This document shows positions 38,111 through 52,599 of a stretch of DNA of 64,000 bases, piece by piece (position 1 is the stretch's first letter; the number at the start of each line of letters is the position of its first letter). Below the pieces are notes generated by a model. It did no database searches. It worked only from the letters and a program-made list of their open reading frames with translations, and was not told where the DNA came from. The translations under genes and the position numbers were made by a program. Source of the DNA: Chiloscyllium plagiosum (taxonomy: Eukaryota); the NCBI RefSeq assembly GCF_004010195.1, contig NC_057719.1:74867358-74931357 (forward strand). The letters run 5' to 3'.

Positions 38111-41100
38111 CATAATAATTGACATAGTGAGGTGTTATTCCTCCAGCTTGCATTTAGCATCATTGGAAAATTGTAGCAAAAATATTAGCATGGGGGCAAA
38201 ACGGTTTATTGAAATGGCAAACAACATTAAACCAAATCAATTTGAATTTGTACAAGGAGGCGTTCATAGGATTGCATTTCCTTTTCCTTATTTCAAACGT
38301 TATTTTATAATTACATTTCCAAACATGATATTTAATTTTGCTTGGCTGGTCCGTAGAATGCAAACGTTACTTCTGTCCACGTTGGAGTTGTTGATAAAAT
38401 ATTAAACAATGGCGTCAGTGTGAGTGTGGGAGTCTTTGTAGTCAATTATACTGCTTTTAGCTCGTTAAACAGCAGTGCAACAATAACTTGATGTTTTTTA
38501 TGGAACAGTAATTCATCTTAAAATGAAAATTAATGTATTTGGTATAAAATTGCAAAATAAAAACCACCTTGCAGCAGCACCTTGGATTCTGGTTGATGTA
38601 CAGCCTTGTTGTCAACTTATATTTTCCAGACAAATATTTTGAGTTCTTGGTCTGCCCTCAACGTTATCATGAAATTTGTACAGGAAGTAACATGTAATAA
38701 GGTAGAAATTTTCCTCACAGGCTGCAGACTCATTGGAGCAGATAACAGTGAAAGGATTAGATGCAGCACTGAGTAAGAGGAGTTAAAAGAACACAGTACA
38801 AAAACCAGAAAGCCAATGTATAAAATGTAAGGCTTCCAGTGATGTTTTTCTCTTATTAAATTCAGAAGCAAGCAAAATTTCCAGATGAATCAATGTCTAA
38901 CAGATTAAAAATAACACAGACCTTTTAAGAGGCACTGCAGTTTTTCAGATGCTTGCTTGAGTAATGTGTCACTTCCAGTCATTATATTAGGGACCTTGAA
39001 GATTGTGCAGTGTTCCTGTCAGTTGTCCTTGCTTGCTAATTCAGCCTCTTCACTTTAATCACCTTCCTTTCAGTTGCAAAAGATTACATTTCACAGGGAA
39101 AGGCTAAGTCGGAATCTAAGATGAAAGCAGACACAACAGAACACCCTCTCTCAAACTTGTCGTTCACAGTTATCCTGGTACAGTATAGCAAAGAAGTCTC
39201 TCAGAGTTTCACAGAAATGATCCAGTATTAAAATATGCAGTTGACCTTCATGAACTGAAACCTCCGGTACACCTGTACTAAGTGTGAACATTATCCAGCT
39301 CAACATGATTCCCACACACAAGAGATTTTGGGAAAATATGTATAATATAAATACTTTGAAACAGGAATATTTGCTTGTATGCTCAAGTGAATGGGTGAGA
39401 ATTTTTTTATTGTTTCCAAGATGTGGGTATGACTGGTTAGGTCAGTGTCCCTAATAGCGCAGAGGGCAGTTAAGAGTCAGCCATTTTGCTATGGGTCTGG
39501 AGTCACATATAAGCCAGACTGGGTAAAGGATGGCAGACTGTAAGGGACATCAATGAACCAGATGTGTTTTTCCCCAACAATCACCAGCAGATTCACAGTC
39601 AACATTTGATTCTTACTTCCAGATATTAAAAAAAATTAATTCAAGTTTCACCATCTGTCACGGCAGGTTTCAAAGCTCAGTGCCCGGAACATCACCTGGA
39701 TTAATAACCTCGCAATAACAGTATAAGGCCATCGCCTCCCCTCATCTAGACTGAGTCTCATCCAAATGTGGAATCTCCCATATAGACTGGTTGAGATGCT
39801 AATCTAGATAATTTGAAAAGATAGGAATAGGGGCTTATTGATAGCGTGAGATGAAGTAAGGTTCCCCATATGAAGCACTAACATTGACACATGGATTGAA
39901 TGACATGCTACTGTACATAAAGCATTACAGAAGTTATATCAGGTAAAGCAACCATATTCCTGCCAAACTATAGAGCTGCTCTCTCATTAGAGTGAGAGGT
40001 GACTGGTGGCAGTTTAACCTGAGGGTCAACACACCTCCAGTGAGGGAAGAGGTTGCAACGGAGACTCTTTAATGGTAGCCTCAGCTGACAATTGAACCCA
40101 CACTGTTGGTGTTCACTCTATTGCAAACCAGCTGTCCAGCCTACTCAGCTAACCAATCTATAGACTGAATGTGCAATATAAACAGAATAAACTCTTACTC
40201 TGTGTATGAATAAACTTACAATATAACTTTGGCCAGTAGTTGCTGATAACCTGGAAGATCTGGTTCTGTAGTGCTTATTGTACTGGACTAACTACGACCC
40301 CTAGAGATTAGACCAATAAATCCTCTTGTGACAAACTATGAAAAAAAACCCTCAAACCTTTCACTAGACAACATGAGCCTTCACCAAATTCCCACAACAT
40401 CCAAATAAGCACTGATCCATGGAAGAGGGGGAGCTGTCCCTTACAATCTGCCCTTGCTGACATTGGATCACTGTGTCACATTAAGTGCTTGAACTATATT
40501 ACCACATAACAATCAGGGATAGACTTTGCCTTCACCCTGAGGATAAGTAAAGAGAAATTGATGAAATCTTTGGGGACCATTTCTGTTTGCTTTTTAGTCA
40601 GTTAACCACAGATTTCCTAACTAGTAGAACAGCAGCAGTTGTATAACAAAGCAGCACAATGTGCTCTGCAAATAACAAGGGGAAATACTGGAACGATTGT
40701 TGGCCTGTCCTGATGGAGCTGATCTTATTGGAGATGGTAGGGGTGCAATAATTGTAAAGAAAAGAGTAAAAAAAAGTTCTCTGTTCCTGCCTCCAATGAT
40801 TTCTCATATTCCATTGGCTATAAAGTGCTTTGGGGGTGTTCAAATGCGGTTGTGAAAGTTGCTATATAAATCCAAGTTTTTCTTTTCTCAGCTGGAAGTG
40901 TTACAAAGTGGAGGAGGAGTGGTGGAATATCTGCCAATTTTAAACCCTCACCTCCATTGATATAAATCTGCAATTCATTCTCAAGGTTCAGTAACAGTGA
41001 CAGCTTTGATAAACCACAAAACATTGGTCAGTGATCTACATCGCTATAATACATGCATTTCCCCTAAAGTTATCCTGCATGTGCAGTGCAACACGATCTT

Positions 41101-41299
41101 AGCAAGAGAGAGGAAGAATGAGCATGGACAGAACTTACAGAAAAGGGTTTATATTTTTGCAGCTTTGATTAAAAAAAGGCAGAGAAAGCTACCTCTTTAT
41201 TTGACTCACAAGTGAGAGCAGAGGAACGGACAGCCTTAGCAATGTGTGTCTTCCGAGAGTATCCCTTTGTGCATGGGCTTACATTTGCCTTTACATGTC

Positions 41300-41695
41300 A
41301 TATTTCAGGATGATGCAAAGAATAACTGATGAAATATTTCAAACTGTAATAACTGCTATAATGGGAAGAATAAGCAACACAGCAAATCTCTAAAGCATCA
41401 ATGAAACAACTTGACCACACAATATTTTTAAAGTGTTGGTCAAGGGATAGGTGTTGGCCAACAGTCCAGAAAAAGAAAAATACCCTTCTTCTTTCTTAGA
41501 AGAGACATTTTATCTTTCTTACCCTCCAAAGTTGACAGGTGGGGTCTGAGTTTACCCTTAGATTGAAAAGGCCACACTTCCATCTGAGCAGCAATCCTGC
41601 AGAGTGTGGGCCTGAATTTCACATTCAGGTTTCTCAGGCAGGACTTGAATCCACAATTCTTTCAACCAGTGGTATGTTAGCTACCAACTGAGCTT
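41300..41695 (-). mobile_element. Deu-domain SINE (SacSINE1/AmnSINE1-like); further copies at ~5520-5800, 13070-13150, 40780-40880, 44500-45390, 51100-51300, 60225-60335
   Basis: Blocks such as tttgaagtgtaactactgtagcgatgtaggaaa and gatgttgattgacagataaatattggccagga (51.1-51.3 kb copy), with diverged equivalents here plus a tRNA-like head ggacttgaatccaca. Family name from recalled consensus. Confidence 0.6.
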
Positions 41696-42789
41696 GCAAG
41701 CCATTAGGAAACTGCTTGAAATAATGTTGTTCCAACTCTTGCCAAGCAGTTGCTGGATCCCTCAAGCAGGAGAAATGTCAATGGTTCGTCCAGCTGTGAA
41801 TAGGACAATGTTGTGCAATATTGTTCAAACGTTGCCAAGGTTCCCATTTGCCGAAAAGGCACTGTGTTTTTCATTGCCATATTATAAAAAAAGAATTTTT
41901 TGAAAAAGGTCCACTGCACTGAACAGTTGATGTCCAAACCCCACTAACTTACTCAGGCCAAAATTATTCTTTTAACTTCAGTAAGTAGTTTGCTCCAGAG
42001 TGTGGAATGTGAATGATGATCTTTGGAGAAGAGCCCCATCAACTCTCACACTCAGATGAAGTAAGGTTTGAAAAGTATTTTTGCAAGTTTTTTTTGACAG
42101 AAACAGTTTTTTGACTCTTGCTGAAAAAAGACTATTTTGTGGGAGTTTTTCGTCCTGTACTGATCAGGACAATTTGCAAGAATTAGTGCAGTCTCCATGG
42201 CAACACCCCTATCAATCAGAGTCCACTTGCTAATCAGTCAGCCCTCTCTTAGAGAGTATGCATGTTGGTTTCTTTCTTAAATTGGCAATCTTGTGAATTG
42301 TCCTCAAGAGTGCAGAATGAAAAGCTTCAAGCTTTCAGCTACACTCAAGTTCTGCGCTACCATATGACTATTCCAAACAATTATTAGAGATGTTAGCTCT
42401 TGAAATGGCTCTGCAAAGTTTTTGAGGATGGATCTAGAGTGCCCAAATCTTTGGGATGAGGACCTTTTCCATTTTGCGGGCCAGGGATTGGCACAATATG
42501 AAATGCCTGTCTCAGCTGATGAAGCCTACCCATCGTGTGGGTGGACTGGCGTTGCTAAGAACTCAGAGATGGCGCGTCAATTTCTGGAGGCCTGCTTAAA
42601 TCAATTGCTTTCAGGAGACAGACGGGTCTGAAGCCTATTTCAGTACCTTCAGACTCGTAGCAGCCCTGGGTGATTTGTATTCATGAGTCTGCCCTCTGCC
42701 TCATTCCTGTAGTTGAGGGGTAGTAGATTTGTGGGAATGGTCTGGAACCTGGAAGTTAAACTGGACTGTAATATATTTTGTGCCACTTG

Positions 42790-43550
42790 GCATGATCACT
42801 TCCTGTCAGTTCGGTTTATCAGTGGAGTATAACATGGAGAAGTGTAATGAAAAGCAGAATTTGAATATAAAAGATGTTTGGAGAAATTTAGATGTACGTG
42901 TTGAAGGAACATGCAAAGTTAGCACAGTTGGCTGCTAGGAAATTAAGAGGTGAGTTGGCCTTTATTGCAAGGGGATTGGAGTACAAGCATTAGGAATTCT
43001 TGCTACAGTTGTACAGAGCTTTGGTGAGACCGCAAATGGATTTTTGAAAGCAATTTTGATCTTCTTAAGGAAGGATAAACTTGCATTGGAGATAGTACAG
43101 TGAAGATTTACTAGATTTGTTCCTTGGAAGGCAGAGTGATGTTATGATGTGAGACTGAATAAATTGGCTTGGTACTCCCTGGAGGTCAGAATACTGAAAG
43201 GTGACCTCATCGAAACATACAAGTTTCTGAAGAAATTTGACTGCATAGATACTGAGAGACTTTTCCTTGGCTGGAGTATCCAGAGTGCAGTCTTAGGATA
43301 AGGGGGTTAATTCTTTTGGATTGAGATGAAGAGAAAATTCTTCAGTCAGTGGGTTGTGAATCTTTGGAATCGTCAAATCCAGAGGTTCTGGGTAGGCCAT
43401 CATTGAATATATTTAATCAATAGAGTTTTAATGCTGTAGGGAGACAGAGAACGCCCGCGGGAAAACCGAATCGAGGTGGAAGATCAACTAGACAGCAGAG
43501 TAGGCTTGATGGGCTGAATAGTCAACTCCTACTTCTATTTTGCTTGTTCT
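42790..43550 (+). mobile_element. Old CR1 3' fragment
   Basis: ttggcctttattgcaaggggattggagtacaag, ggtgacctcatcgaaacatacaag, gtgaatctttggaat. Confidence 0.75.
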
Positions 43551-44769
43551 TAGGTTCTTAATAGAGCATTTGAGTATTACAGAGTACCAGTGAAATGATA
43601 ACACTTCAATTCGCCATACCTTCTCACTGCCATTGCTGTAGTGCTCCCACTATGTACATTCAGAACTCATGTTAACAAGACCAATATGGATTCACAAAGT
43701 GCCTTTAGAAAATGTTCAGCCAGGAGAAAAGGTGAGGAAGATTGACCCAAATTTGGTCACAGAGCTGGGACTGGAAAAGTTTGTCAAAGATAAAGCAAGT
43801 GGTGCTGAACATGGAAGTTCAAGGACAATATTTCAATTCTGCTGGTCAGGTACTTGACAGCCCTGTGGTCACTGGTGAGTTGATGCTAGTGGATGCACAG
43901 AAAGCTGGAGTCAATGTATGCAGGAGGTTTTGGTAGGCTGGAGGAGACTACAGAGAGAGAGACAAGGCTACAGAGGGACTCACAGGAGGACCAAGATTTT
44001 GAGTTGCATGCGTTGGAAGAATGGAAACCAGCATAGATTAACTAGAACATGAGGAATAGATAAGTAAGTCAATGTATGAAACAAGGTCTGGGAAGTTGGG
44101 TTTTGATCATCTTTGACTTTATGGAGCCTGAGGCCAGTGCAGAAGTTTAAGACATGGTAGTGACACATGATACAGTTTAAGGGATGTTAATCTTAAGATA
44201 GAGCTGGAAGTACACTCCATAACACTCTTCTGTTTCTGTGAACGGAGTTACATGAGTGGCTTCATTCCATCAATAGTAAGTTCATAGAATTTAGCACCAC
44301 TTCACTTCAGAACAGGAGTAGGCCATATTGCACTTTGAGCCTTCTCTATTTATATTGTGACTTGGTAGTATATGGGATAATTATATGATATAAACTGAAA
44401 TGAAGTTGTATCAACCCAATGTGACCAGTCAACATCCCATTACACTGTGTGCTTTCGGAGAACAATGTGCAGTGGTCACACCCTACCTGCTGAATTGTGT
44501 ACTCAAGCCTCACTTGGGCACATTCTCCTCACTAACACTTCACTACAGCATTGAGGAAGTACTGCACTACCTGGCATACTGTCCACTGGGTGAGACACCA
44601 AACTGGGGCCTTGACTACCATTTAAGATGAATGTAAAATATCCTGTGACACTATTTGGAACTGGGGAGTTTCTTAGCATTCTGGCTAATGTTTTATGATA
44701 AAAAAACAGGCCATCCATTTTATCGCTGTTCATGGGATTTTTCTGTGCTGCTCCCTCTAGAGCTATGTG

Positions 44770-45300
44770 CACAGCCTTGGTTGCCGTACTTACTGAAGGA
44801 TATTAATGCATTGGAAGCAGGTCAGGGAAGGTTTACTAGGCTAATACCTGGAGCGTGCAGATTGTGTAATTATGAAAGGCTAGATCTGTAGGTTAGGCCT
44901 GTAACCTTTGGCGTTTAGAAGAGCCAGAGGTGACTGAATTGAAACACGTAAGATTCTGAGGCGTCTTCACCAGGTGGATGAAGAAAGGATGCCTCCTCTT
45001 GTGGAAGAATCTAGAAAGAGGTGCTATAGTTTAAAAATAAGGACTCACCCATTTATGAGGAACGTCTTTTTCTCCCAAGGTTGAGTATCTTTGGAATCCT
45101 TTTCTCAAAAGGCAGTGGATGCAGATTCTTTCAATATTTTTTTAAGGTGGAGATTGACAGATTGTTCATTGCCAAGGGGATGAAAAATATTGAGGATATA
45201 CAGGAATGTAGAGCTGAGGCTAAAGTCAGATCGGCCATCATCATATTGAATGACACAGCAGGTTCAAAGGGCCGAATGGCCTATTCTAGTTCCTTGATTG
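44770..45300 (+). mobile_element. Old CR1 3' fragment nested in a Deu-SINE
   Basis: PYLLKDINALEAGQGRFTRLIPG; 3' UTR ggccgaatggcctattct. Confidence 0.75.
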
Positions 45301-46374
45301 TATTACTCGAGTGTACACAATGGTTACATCACCAAAATACGCCATTGGCTGTGAATCGCTTTGGGGTATGGAAAGTGCTATATATATAATCTTTAAACTA
45401 CCGAATTGCTTGTATAAATGATCAGTTTATGTCATTAAATCTGCTGATTTGTTTTTCATTTATATCATCAGAACCTACTGTCTATCCCTACTGGGATAGA
45501 AAAGACATTTTTAACTAACCTGTTCGTTGTCAGGGGGAGGTGGGACTTGAACTTCCACCTGTCTGGCCTAGAGGTTGCACCATGGTGCAACAAGAGCTCT
45601 TGTTGGGATAGTGTGCACTCAGGTGTCACAGCACAAAACAGGTAGTTGTGAAATGGCAGTCCGTTGATGTTAATAGATACAAGAATCCACGGGAGGGAAG
45701 GGGTGCTCTGGATCTATCATTCCCAGGTTACACAGTCATATATCAGCATGACTTCTCATCTTTTCAGAGACATGCAAGGGCTGTGCAAAGTGCAGCTGCA
45801 TTTGGAATAGGAGCACTGTCCTGCCTGAGGCTAACACAGACATGATATTGTTGCATGCACGCAAGGGATTTTTCAGGATGTGACTGCTCCTCAGTGGGTG
45901 TTTCTGTCGGGCTCAGCACACTACACCTTCTCTTCGCCTGGAAACCGAGCCGAAGTTGCTTTCTGCGCCCCTTGAGCGTGGGGGCGCATTCGCCTCTGGT
46001 CGGCCGATGGGCGGGTGGTGTGTGCCCCGGTTTGTGTTTTCAGGGGAGAATGTTTTGCTGAACTGTCGGGGCTTTGTGCAGTTCAGTTGCCCCCGCCTGC
46101 TCCTGCCCTGACATGAAGTAACCGAGCCGGCTGGGACATTCCGTTCCCAGCGCTTTGCAATGGAAACCAGCGGCGGGGGTCAGCCTTGGGACAGAGGGAG
46201 GGCCTCTCGTGTGCACTGAGGCCGGGCAGGGAGCCAGGGCTCAGCATTGAACAATAAAACCCGCACGCCACTGTGTGTCACCTCTCGGCCAAGGCAACCC
46301 CAGGGCGATGCTACAGAAGCAGATCCTTCCCACCGCTCGAGGGTGAGATGACAACTCATGGAGAGTAAACTCCG

Positions 46375-46900
46375 TGTGGAGTTTACCCATTCTCCCTGTG
46401 TCTGCGTGGGTCCCCTCTGGGTGCTCTGGTTTCCTCCCACAGTCCAAAGATGTGCAGGTTTGTGCTAAATTGCCCAGAGTGTTCAGGAATGTGTAGGTTC
46501 AGGTGCATTATTCACGGGTAAATGCCTCTGGGTGGGTTACTCTTCAGAGGGTCAGTGTGGACTTAGAGTCATAGAGATGTACAGCATGGAAACGTGTCCA
46601 TGCCGATCAGATATCCCAACCCAATCTAGTCCCGACTGCCAATGCCTGGCCCATATCCCTCCAAACCCTTTCTATTCATCTTCCCATCCAGATGCCTTTT
46701 AAATGTTGCAATTGTACCAGCCTCCACCTCTTCCTTTGGCAGCTCATTCCACACACGTACCACCCTCTGCGTGAAAAAGTTTCCCCAAGGTCCCTTTTAA
46801 ATTTTTCCCTCTCACCCTAACCCTATGCCCTCTAGTTCTGACTCCCACGCCCCAGGGAAAAGACTTCTTGGGCTAAATGGCCTGTTTCCACTCTGTAGGG
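46375..46900 (+). mobile_element. HE1-type SINE interrupted by a minus-strand CR1/HER1 3' end (46565-46861)
   Basis: SINE tail gtgtggactt | cttgggctaaatggcctgtttccac is split; GACTT is present at both junctions. Confidence 0.85.
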
Positions 46901-47977
46901 ATAAAAAAAAGGGAGCAGGGTGATGGGTGTAAACGGTTGAGTGGGATAGTTGCTGGAGATTTTAGGCAGGTCAAGAGAGAGCTTGGCAAAATGGTGACAG
47001 TCAGAGGCATGCTGGGATTTTCCTCCTTAATAGAATGAAGGTAAAGATGACCTTCAGTAGTTTTGCTCTCCTGCATGGATTGCAGTTGAACCGAAAGCGG
47101 ATGGTAATGGGTGCAATGAGTGGCAAGAGCTGCACTGTAACAGCAGCTAAAATCTCACTTCGGGCAAAATTTTTCTGCTCCTCAGATGCTGCCTGACCTG
47201 CTGTGCTTTTCCAGCACCACTCTAACCTTGACTCTGATCTCCAGCATCTGCAGTCCTCACTTCTGCCTAGCAGCTAAATTCTGTACACCCTGTCTACTGA
47301 GGAGATAGGGGAAGAATCATGGGTCAGTAATCCCTATCGAGGGATTTCAGCTGACCTACTGCACACAGTCACGCTCCATGGGGACAGTTATAATCTGAGC
47401 TGCTTGTTGGTGATTTGATGCCCTTCGATGCACTATCAGATTCTGGTCAGTGGAGAAGATTACTGGGTAGGTGTAATTTAGGGATGGAAACAGCCTAGAT
47501 GACTTTCCAGCCTAGATGACTCTTCATCGGAGTCTAGACCAGAAATGTTAGCTTACACTGTCTCGTGCTGAAGTACGTTATTCTCCTTGTGCTACCTGAG
47601 GAACTTTGCTTGGTAACCTGTTCAGCCACCTGTGGGTGGTACGGGTTGGGGCAAGCAGAGAGGTTGGAATTCATTAGAGATTCAAAGGAGCCCTGTTCTC
47701 GCTGATCAGCTATAGAGAAACTCAAAAGTGATTTGAAGCAGTAATGCAGATTTTCTTTTGTAAAAGCACCATTACTCTGGCTGAAATCACCTTCCCTAAC
47801 ACTGACTAAACCCGGAAACCTGCGGTTACAGTGGCATGTGACCTTAGCTCACTCTGCACTGGCCCAACTGAGCCATACACAGAACTTTAATTAGAGGCCA
47901 ACAATAGAAGAGTTGTATCCCCTTTTAAGACTAAAGATGCCCCGCTATAAGAGAGAGAGAGCCTTGCAGTGTGACTT

Positions 47978-48720
47978 AAGAGTCATAGAGTTGTGCAGCA
48001 TGGAAACAGACCTTGCAGTCCAACTTGTCCTTGCTAACCAAACATCCCAATCTAACCTAGTCTCATATCCCTCATAACCCTCTTAAACCCTTCCTATTCA
48101 TATATCCATCCTGATGTCTTTTGAATGTTGCAATTGTACAAGCCTCCACCACTTCCTCTGGCAGCTCATTCCATACACGCATCACCCACTGCATGGAAAG
48201 GTTACCTCTTAGATCCCTTTTAAATTTTTCCCGTCTTACCTTACGCCTCTAATTTTGAACTCCCATACCCTAGGAGAAAGACCTTGTCTATTCATCCTGT
48301 CCATGCTCCTCATGATTTTATAAACCTCTGTAAAGGTCACCTCTCAGCCTCCGATGCTCCAGGGAAAATAACTCCAGTCTACTCAACCTCTCCCTGTAGC
48401 TCAAACCCTCTGAACCTGGCTACATTCTTGTCAATCTTTTCTGAACTTTTTGAGTTTGACAACATCTTTCCTATAGCAGGGAGACCAGAATTGCACACAA
48501 AGTCCTGTACAGCCTCAACATGACATCCCAACACCTATACTCAGGGCACTGACCAAGTGTACTGAATGCTTTCTTCACTAATCTGTCTATCTGCGAGCCC
48601 ACTTTCAAGGAACAATGAACCTGCACCTCAAAATCTTTGTTCGGCTACACTCCCCAGGACCTTACCATAAAGTGTTTAAGTCCTGCCCTTTGGTTTGCCT
48701 TACCAAAATACAGCACCTCA
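47978..48720 (-). mobile_element. CR1/HER1 LINE 3' fragment
   Basis: agagtcatagag tail at left; reverse complement of the 8305-9135 copy. Confidence 0.88.
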
Positions 48721-50059
48721 TGTTTAGAATTTTCGCAATTAAATCTGAGGCAGTCATTGTCAGGAAGAGATGGAGAACTCCCCACACCAATACCTCACCA
48801 TTCGCTCCTTTGAAGAATTACTGTAAGTCTGTTCAGTGAACCCCTCCTCACAACATCTAGTGAGCAGCAGACCCACTATGTACAAACTCAAGTCCACAGT
48901 CCTAATAAGGGACAAAAAAAAGCCATCAGCCCACCTTCACAGTTGATGACTGCCTTTCTGACTTGCACCGGAAGGAATCTGAGAGTCTGGACAGACACCA
49001 GCCAAGCCAGGCAGAACTGGATTTGGAGCTCTGCTGTGCTTCGAATGAAAACACAGCAGAAAATGCAGCAACTGGTTTCATCTCCCCTGGGTTGTGGAGG
49101 GCAAAATCAGACACCTGCTCTGGCTTCCGATTAACATCGAGCGATCACTGCTCCAGATCCCTGTGGGAATCACAGAAAGTCGAGTCAGAGTTGAGATTGA
49201 AGATGGTGGAGGGGGCGATGGGAGGAAGCTTGGCTGTGATGTCCCCTTTGTGCCAAATCGATTGTCACCCACCTCTCTGGCTGGCCCGCTTTTGTTCAAT
49301 AGTGTTCACTCAGACAAGATGCCAAAAGAATGGACCACAACTGTACATTCAGTTGTACTTTACGAAGGAGTGGGAGAAAATGGTTTGGAGGGTGCAGGGG
49401 AGCTGAAGTGAACCACATGAGTACTTTTTTAATTACAAGAGAAAACAATTCCTTAAACTGCATTGTCACCCACTTCTGTAGTGTTTCTGCAGTGAATGAA
49501 CTATATTTTAAAAGCTACAGTTGCTGGAATTGACAACTGATATGAGAGACCCAATTAGTGCCAACTCAAATACATGGTGTGAACTCTTTATATGGCACAT
49601 GCAAACTTGTGAAAACAGACTGAATTCCGTAACTGGCAAAGCCGTGAAAGATTTGTTAGAACCTCTTTAGGAAAGCAATCCCGAGGGTTGGTTTAACACC
49701 GATGTATATAGCAGAATAACTGAAGCTTACTTTCAGGAGATAACTCTATCGATTTGTTTTGATGCCAGCTTCTTCACAGTGAAGGGATAAATGAGGGCGA
49801 TAATGATGTCCTGTGTGCAACTTGAGTTTTGACTTAAGAAATCATACAGGAGAACAAATTGTATTTTATATATCCCAGATGGGTTAACATCAGGTATTTC
49901 GAAAATAAATTGCTTCACCCTTTGCAGGACAAAGTATAATTTTACCATCTGATTTAAATTGCAGTGATGTTAAAATACAACAGGGTTTGTACACAAATGA
50001 TTTTACTTGTGTCTGGCTTTTACTGTCGAGCCAATAGAAGAGAGAGTGTTGTCATAAGG

Positions 50060-50975
50060 GGAATTTTCAGGATGGCAACCTGTATCTAATGGAGTGACGC
50101 AGGTATCTGTGCTACTGCTACATTATTTACAATATATATTAATGACTTGGATAAGGAAAGTATATGTACGATAGCCAAGTTTATGGATGACATAAAAATA
50201 AATGGAAAGGCAAGTGGTGAGGGTGACACAAAGAGACTGCAGAGGATTGCAGACAGTTTAACTGAGCGGGCAAAAACATGGCAAATTGAATACAATGTGG
50301 GAAGATGTGCAGCAGGAAGTATAGAGGAGCTGATTCTTATTTAAATGGAGGAAGACTGCAGAGACCTGAAGCACAGAGGGATTTGGGAGTTCTCATGCAC
50401 GAATTGCAAAATTTAGGCTTACAAGTTCAGGAGATAATAGGGAAGGCAACGGGAATGATGGCCTTTCTTTCAAAGGGAATAGAGTATAAAAATTGGCAAG
50501 TCTTGCTAAAACTAATCAGACCATAGCTGAAATACTAGGAAAAGTTTTAGCCTCTTTATCTAAGTCGGGATATGCAGGCATTGTAGGCAGTCAGATAAGG
50601 TTTAGTCATTGATCCTGGATGTGGAGGAGCTGTCATATTTGGAGATGTTGATTAGGTTGGGCCTTTACTCCTTGCAGTTTATAAGCATGAGAGGTGACCT
50701 TACTGAAGGAATCTTTGCAGACATGACAGGGTTGATGTGGAAGTGTTGTATCTTCTTGTGGGAGAGCCTAGGAGCAAAATGTGGAATCTTATACTGAAGA
50801 CTGCTGTTGAGGATGGGTTGTTAAGCATATTCAAGGCTGAAGGAGACAGAATTTTAATCAGTAAGGGAATCAAGGTTATGGCGAAAAGACAGGGAAGTGA
50901 GGTCAGCCTTGATCTCACTGAAGAGTGGGGCAGCCTCAATGGGCTGAATGGCTTACTTCTGTTCCTATGTCTTAT
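50060..50975 (+). mobile_element. Old CR1 RT and 3' fragment
   Basis: YINDLD, AKFMDDIKI, WQIEYN, QRDLGVL, MRGDL. Confidence 0.8.
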
Positions 50976-52599
50976 GATCCATATAAAATATATATTTTTT
51001 TGAGGGGAGAGAATGGAACTGCGGTGCACTTGAAAGATTTATAGTATTACATATCTATTTTGACCAAATATTCTGCCTGTATGATAACAATTTTTATTTT
51101 GTAGGATACTTTTCATGATCACTGGATGTCTCAATGCAGTTTACAGTCAATGTTGTGCTTTTGAAGTGTAACTACTGTAGCGATGTAGGAAATGTAACCA
51201 CCAATTTGTACACTGTACACTCCCACTAACAGATATGTGATCATGACAAAATAATCTGTTTTTGTGATGTTGATTGACAGATAAATATTGGCCAGGATGT
51301 TTAAATACTTTGTGAAGACTACGTGGGCACTGGTGTTTCCTGTACATCCTTTTTGCGGGAGTGACAAAATGCACTCTTTCGCATTTCTTAGCAATTTATG
51401 TCAACATGTTCTGTGCTTATCAACAAATGGTTTGACAAATATGTTTCCAGAAACAGACACAGAGAATGCTGAGGAAACTCAGCAGGTCTAGCAGCATATG
51501 TGGAGAGAGAAGCAGAGTTTAATGTTTTGAGTCTAGTATCACTCTTCTCCAGAACTTCCAGCATCCATAGTATTTTGCTTTTATTGAAAATGTTTCCAGA
51601 AAGTCTGTATCTGCCTCTTTAAAACAAAACTCGTACAGGTCACTTAAGGAAGCAAAACCTCTTTGATTAAGCATTTGAGAGATGGAAAAAAAAGATGCAA
51701 TAAGTTGATCAATTTCAAAATAATTTGTTTTGACTGCTGAAAAGGAACATGCGGTCAAAGCTTTTTATCTTCCACTCTTCAGAACAGATGCAAGTTTGTC
51801 ACGTTTCATGAGGAATAAGTAACTATATGGAAGGATGCTGAGTGATTAACAAGTTGACTATAATTAGTCAAGGTGTTGACATGGAGTCGACACGGGAGAA
51901 CATTTGTCCTTTTTTATTGAAAAAAATGTACAATATCTGGACATGTTCCAATTTTTCTGAAGTGGATGTCCTCTTGCATGATCATAAATGGGCTACATTG
52001 CAAGCTTGACTGATATTCATAATTTGGTCATTGGCATAATTTCTAGCATACTCAGGATTGTTCAACAAGTGTTATCCCAATTCTGAATCAAATCTAACGT
52101 TATGTATGTTATGTTGTTCCAGGTTAGGCATTATGTTCTGATTTTTTTTCTCCACGTGTGGAATGACTTAACATGACACAAAAGCAACCATTGTCTCGGT
52201 ACATTAACCTGCTGTAGTGACAATAAGAGGGTTCCGCTCACCACGGCAATCTGGATTGGATGGAAAGCTGAGCATGACGCCACAGAAACATTAGTACATT
52301 GGGATTGTCAATAAGATTTTCAATAAGATTTTGCATTTTGGAGTTAGAACATGGATGGTGTCATATGGTTCGTGGGGAGTTTTTTTCACATGGTCATTCT
52401 CCCTTTAGCTATGCAAGCTAGTTGCATCTGGACTAAAACAGCAAAAAAAGTGCAGATGCCAGGCAGGTGTTTTCACCCCAGCCAGCACCTTCCGACATCA
52501 AAGGGTCTGACGCATCTTTAAAGACTATCCTGGTGGTTTGTCCCTTGCTTAAAGCCAGGAACTCCAATCCGACAGCAAATGCCACCACATTCTGTCGCT

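Noticed and set aside
48926..49411. Overlapping ORFs up to 147 aa in intron 1
   Set aside because: No recognisable domain, non-ATG starts, no convincing splice-site pair.
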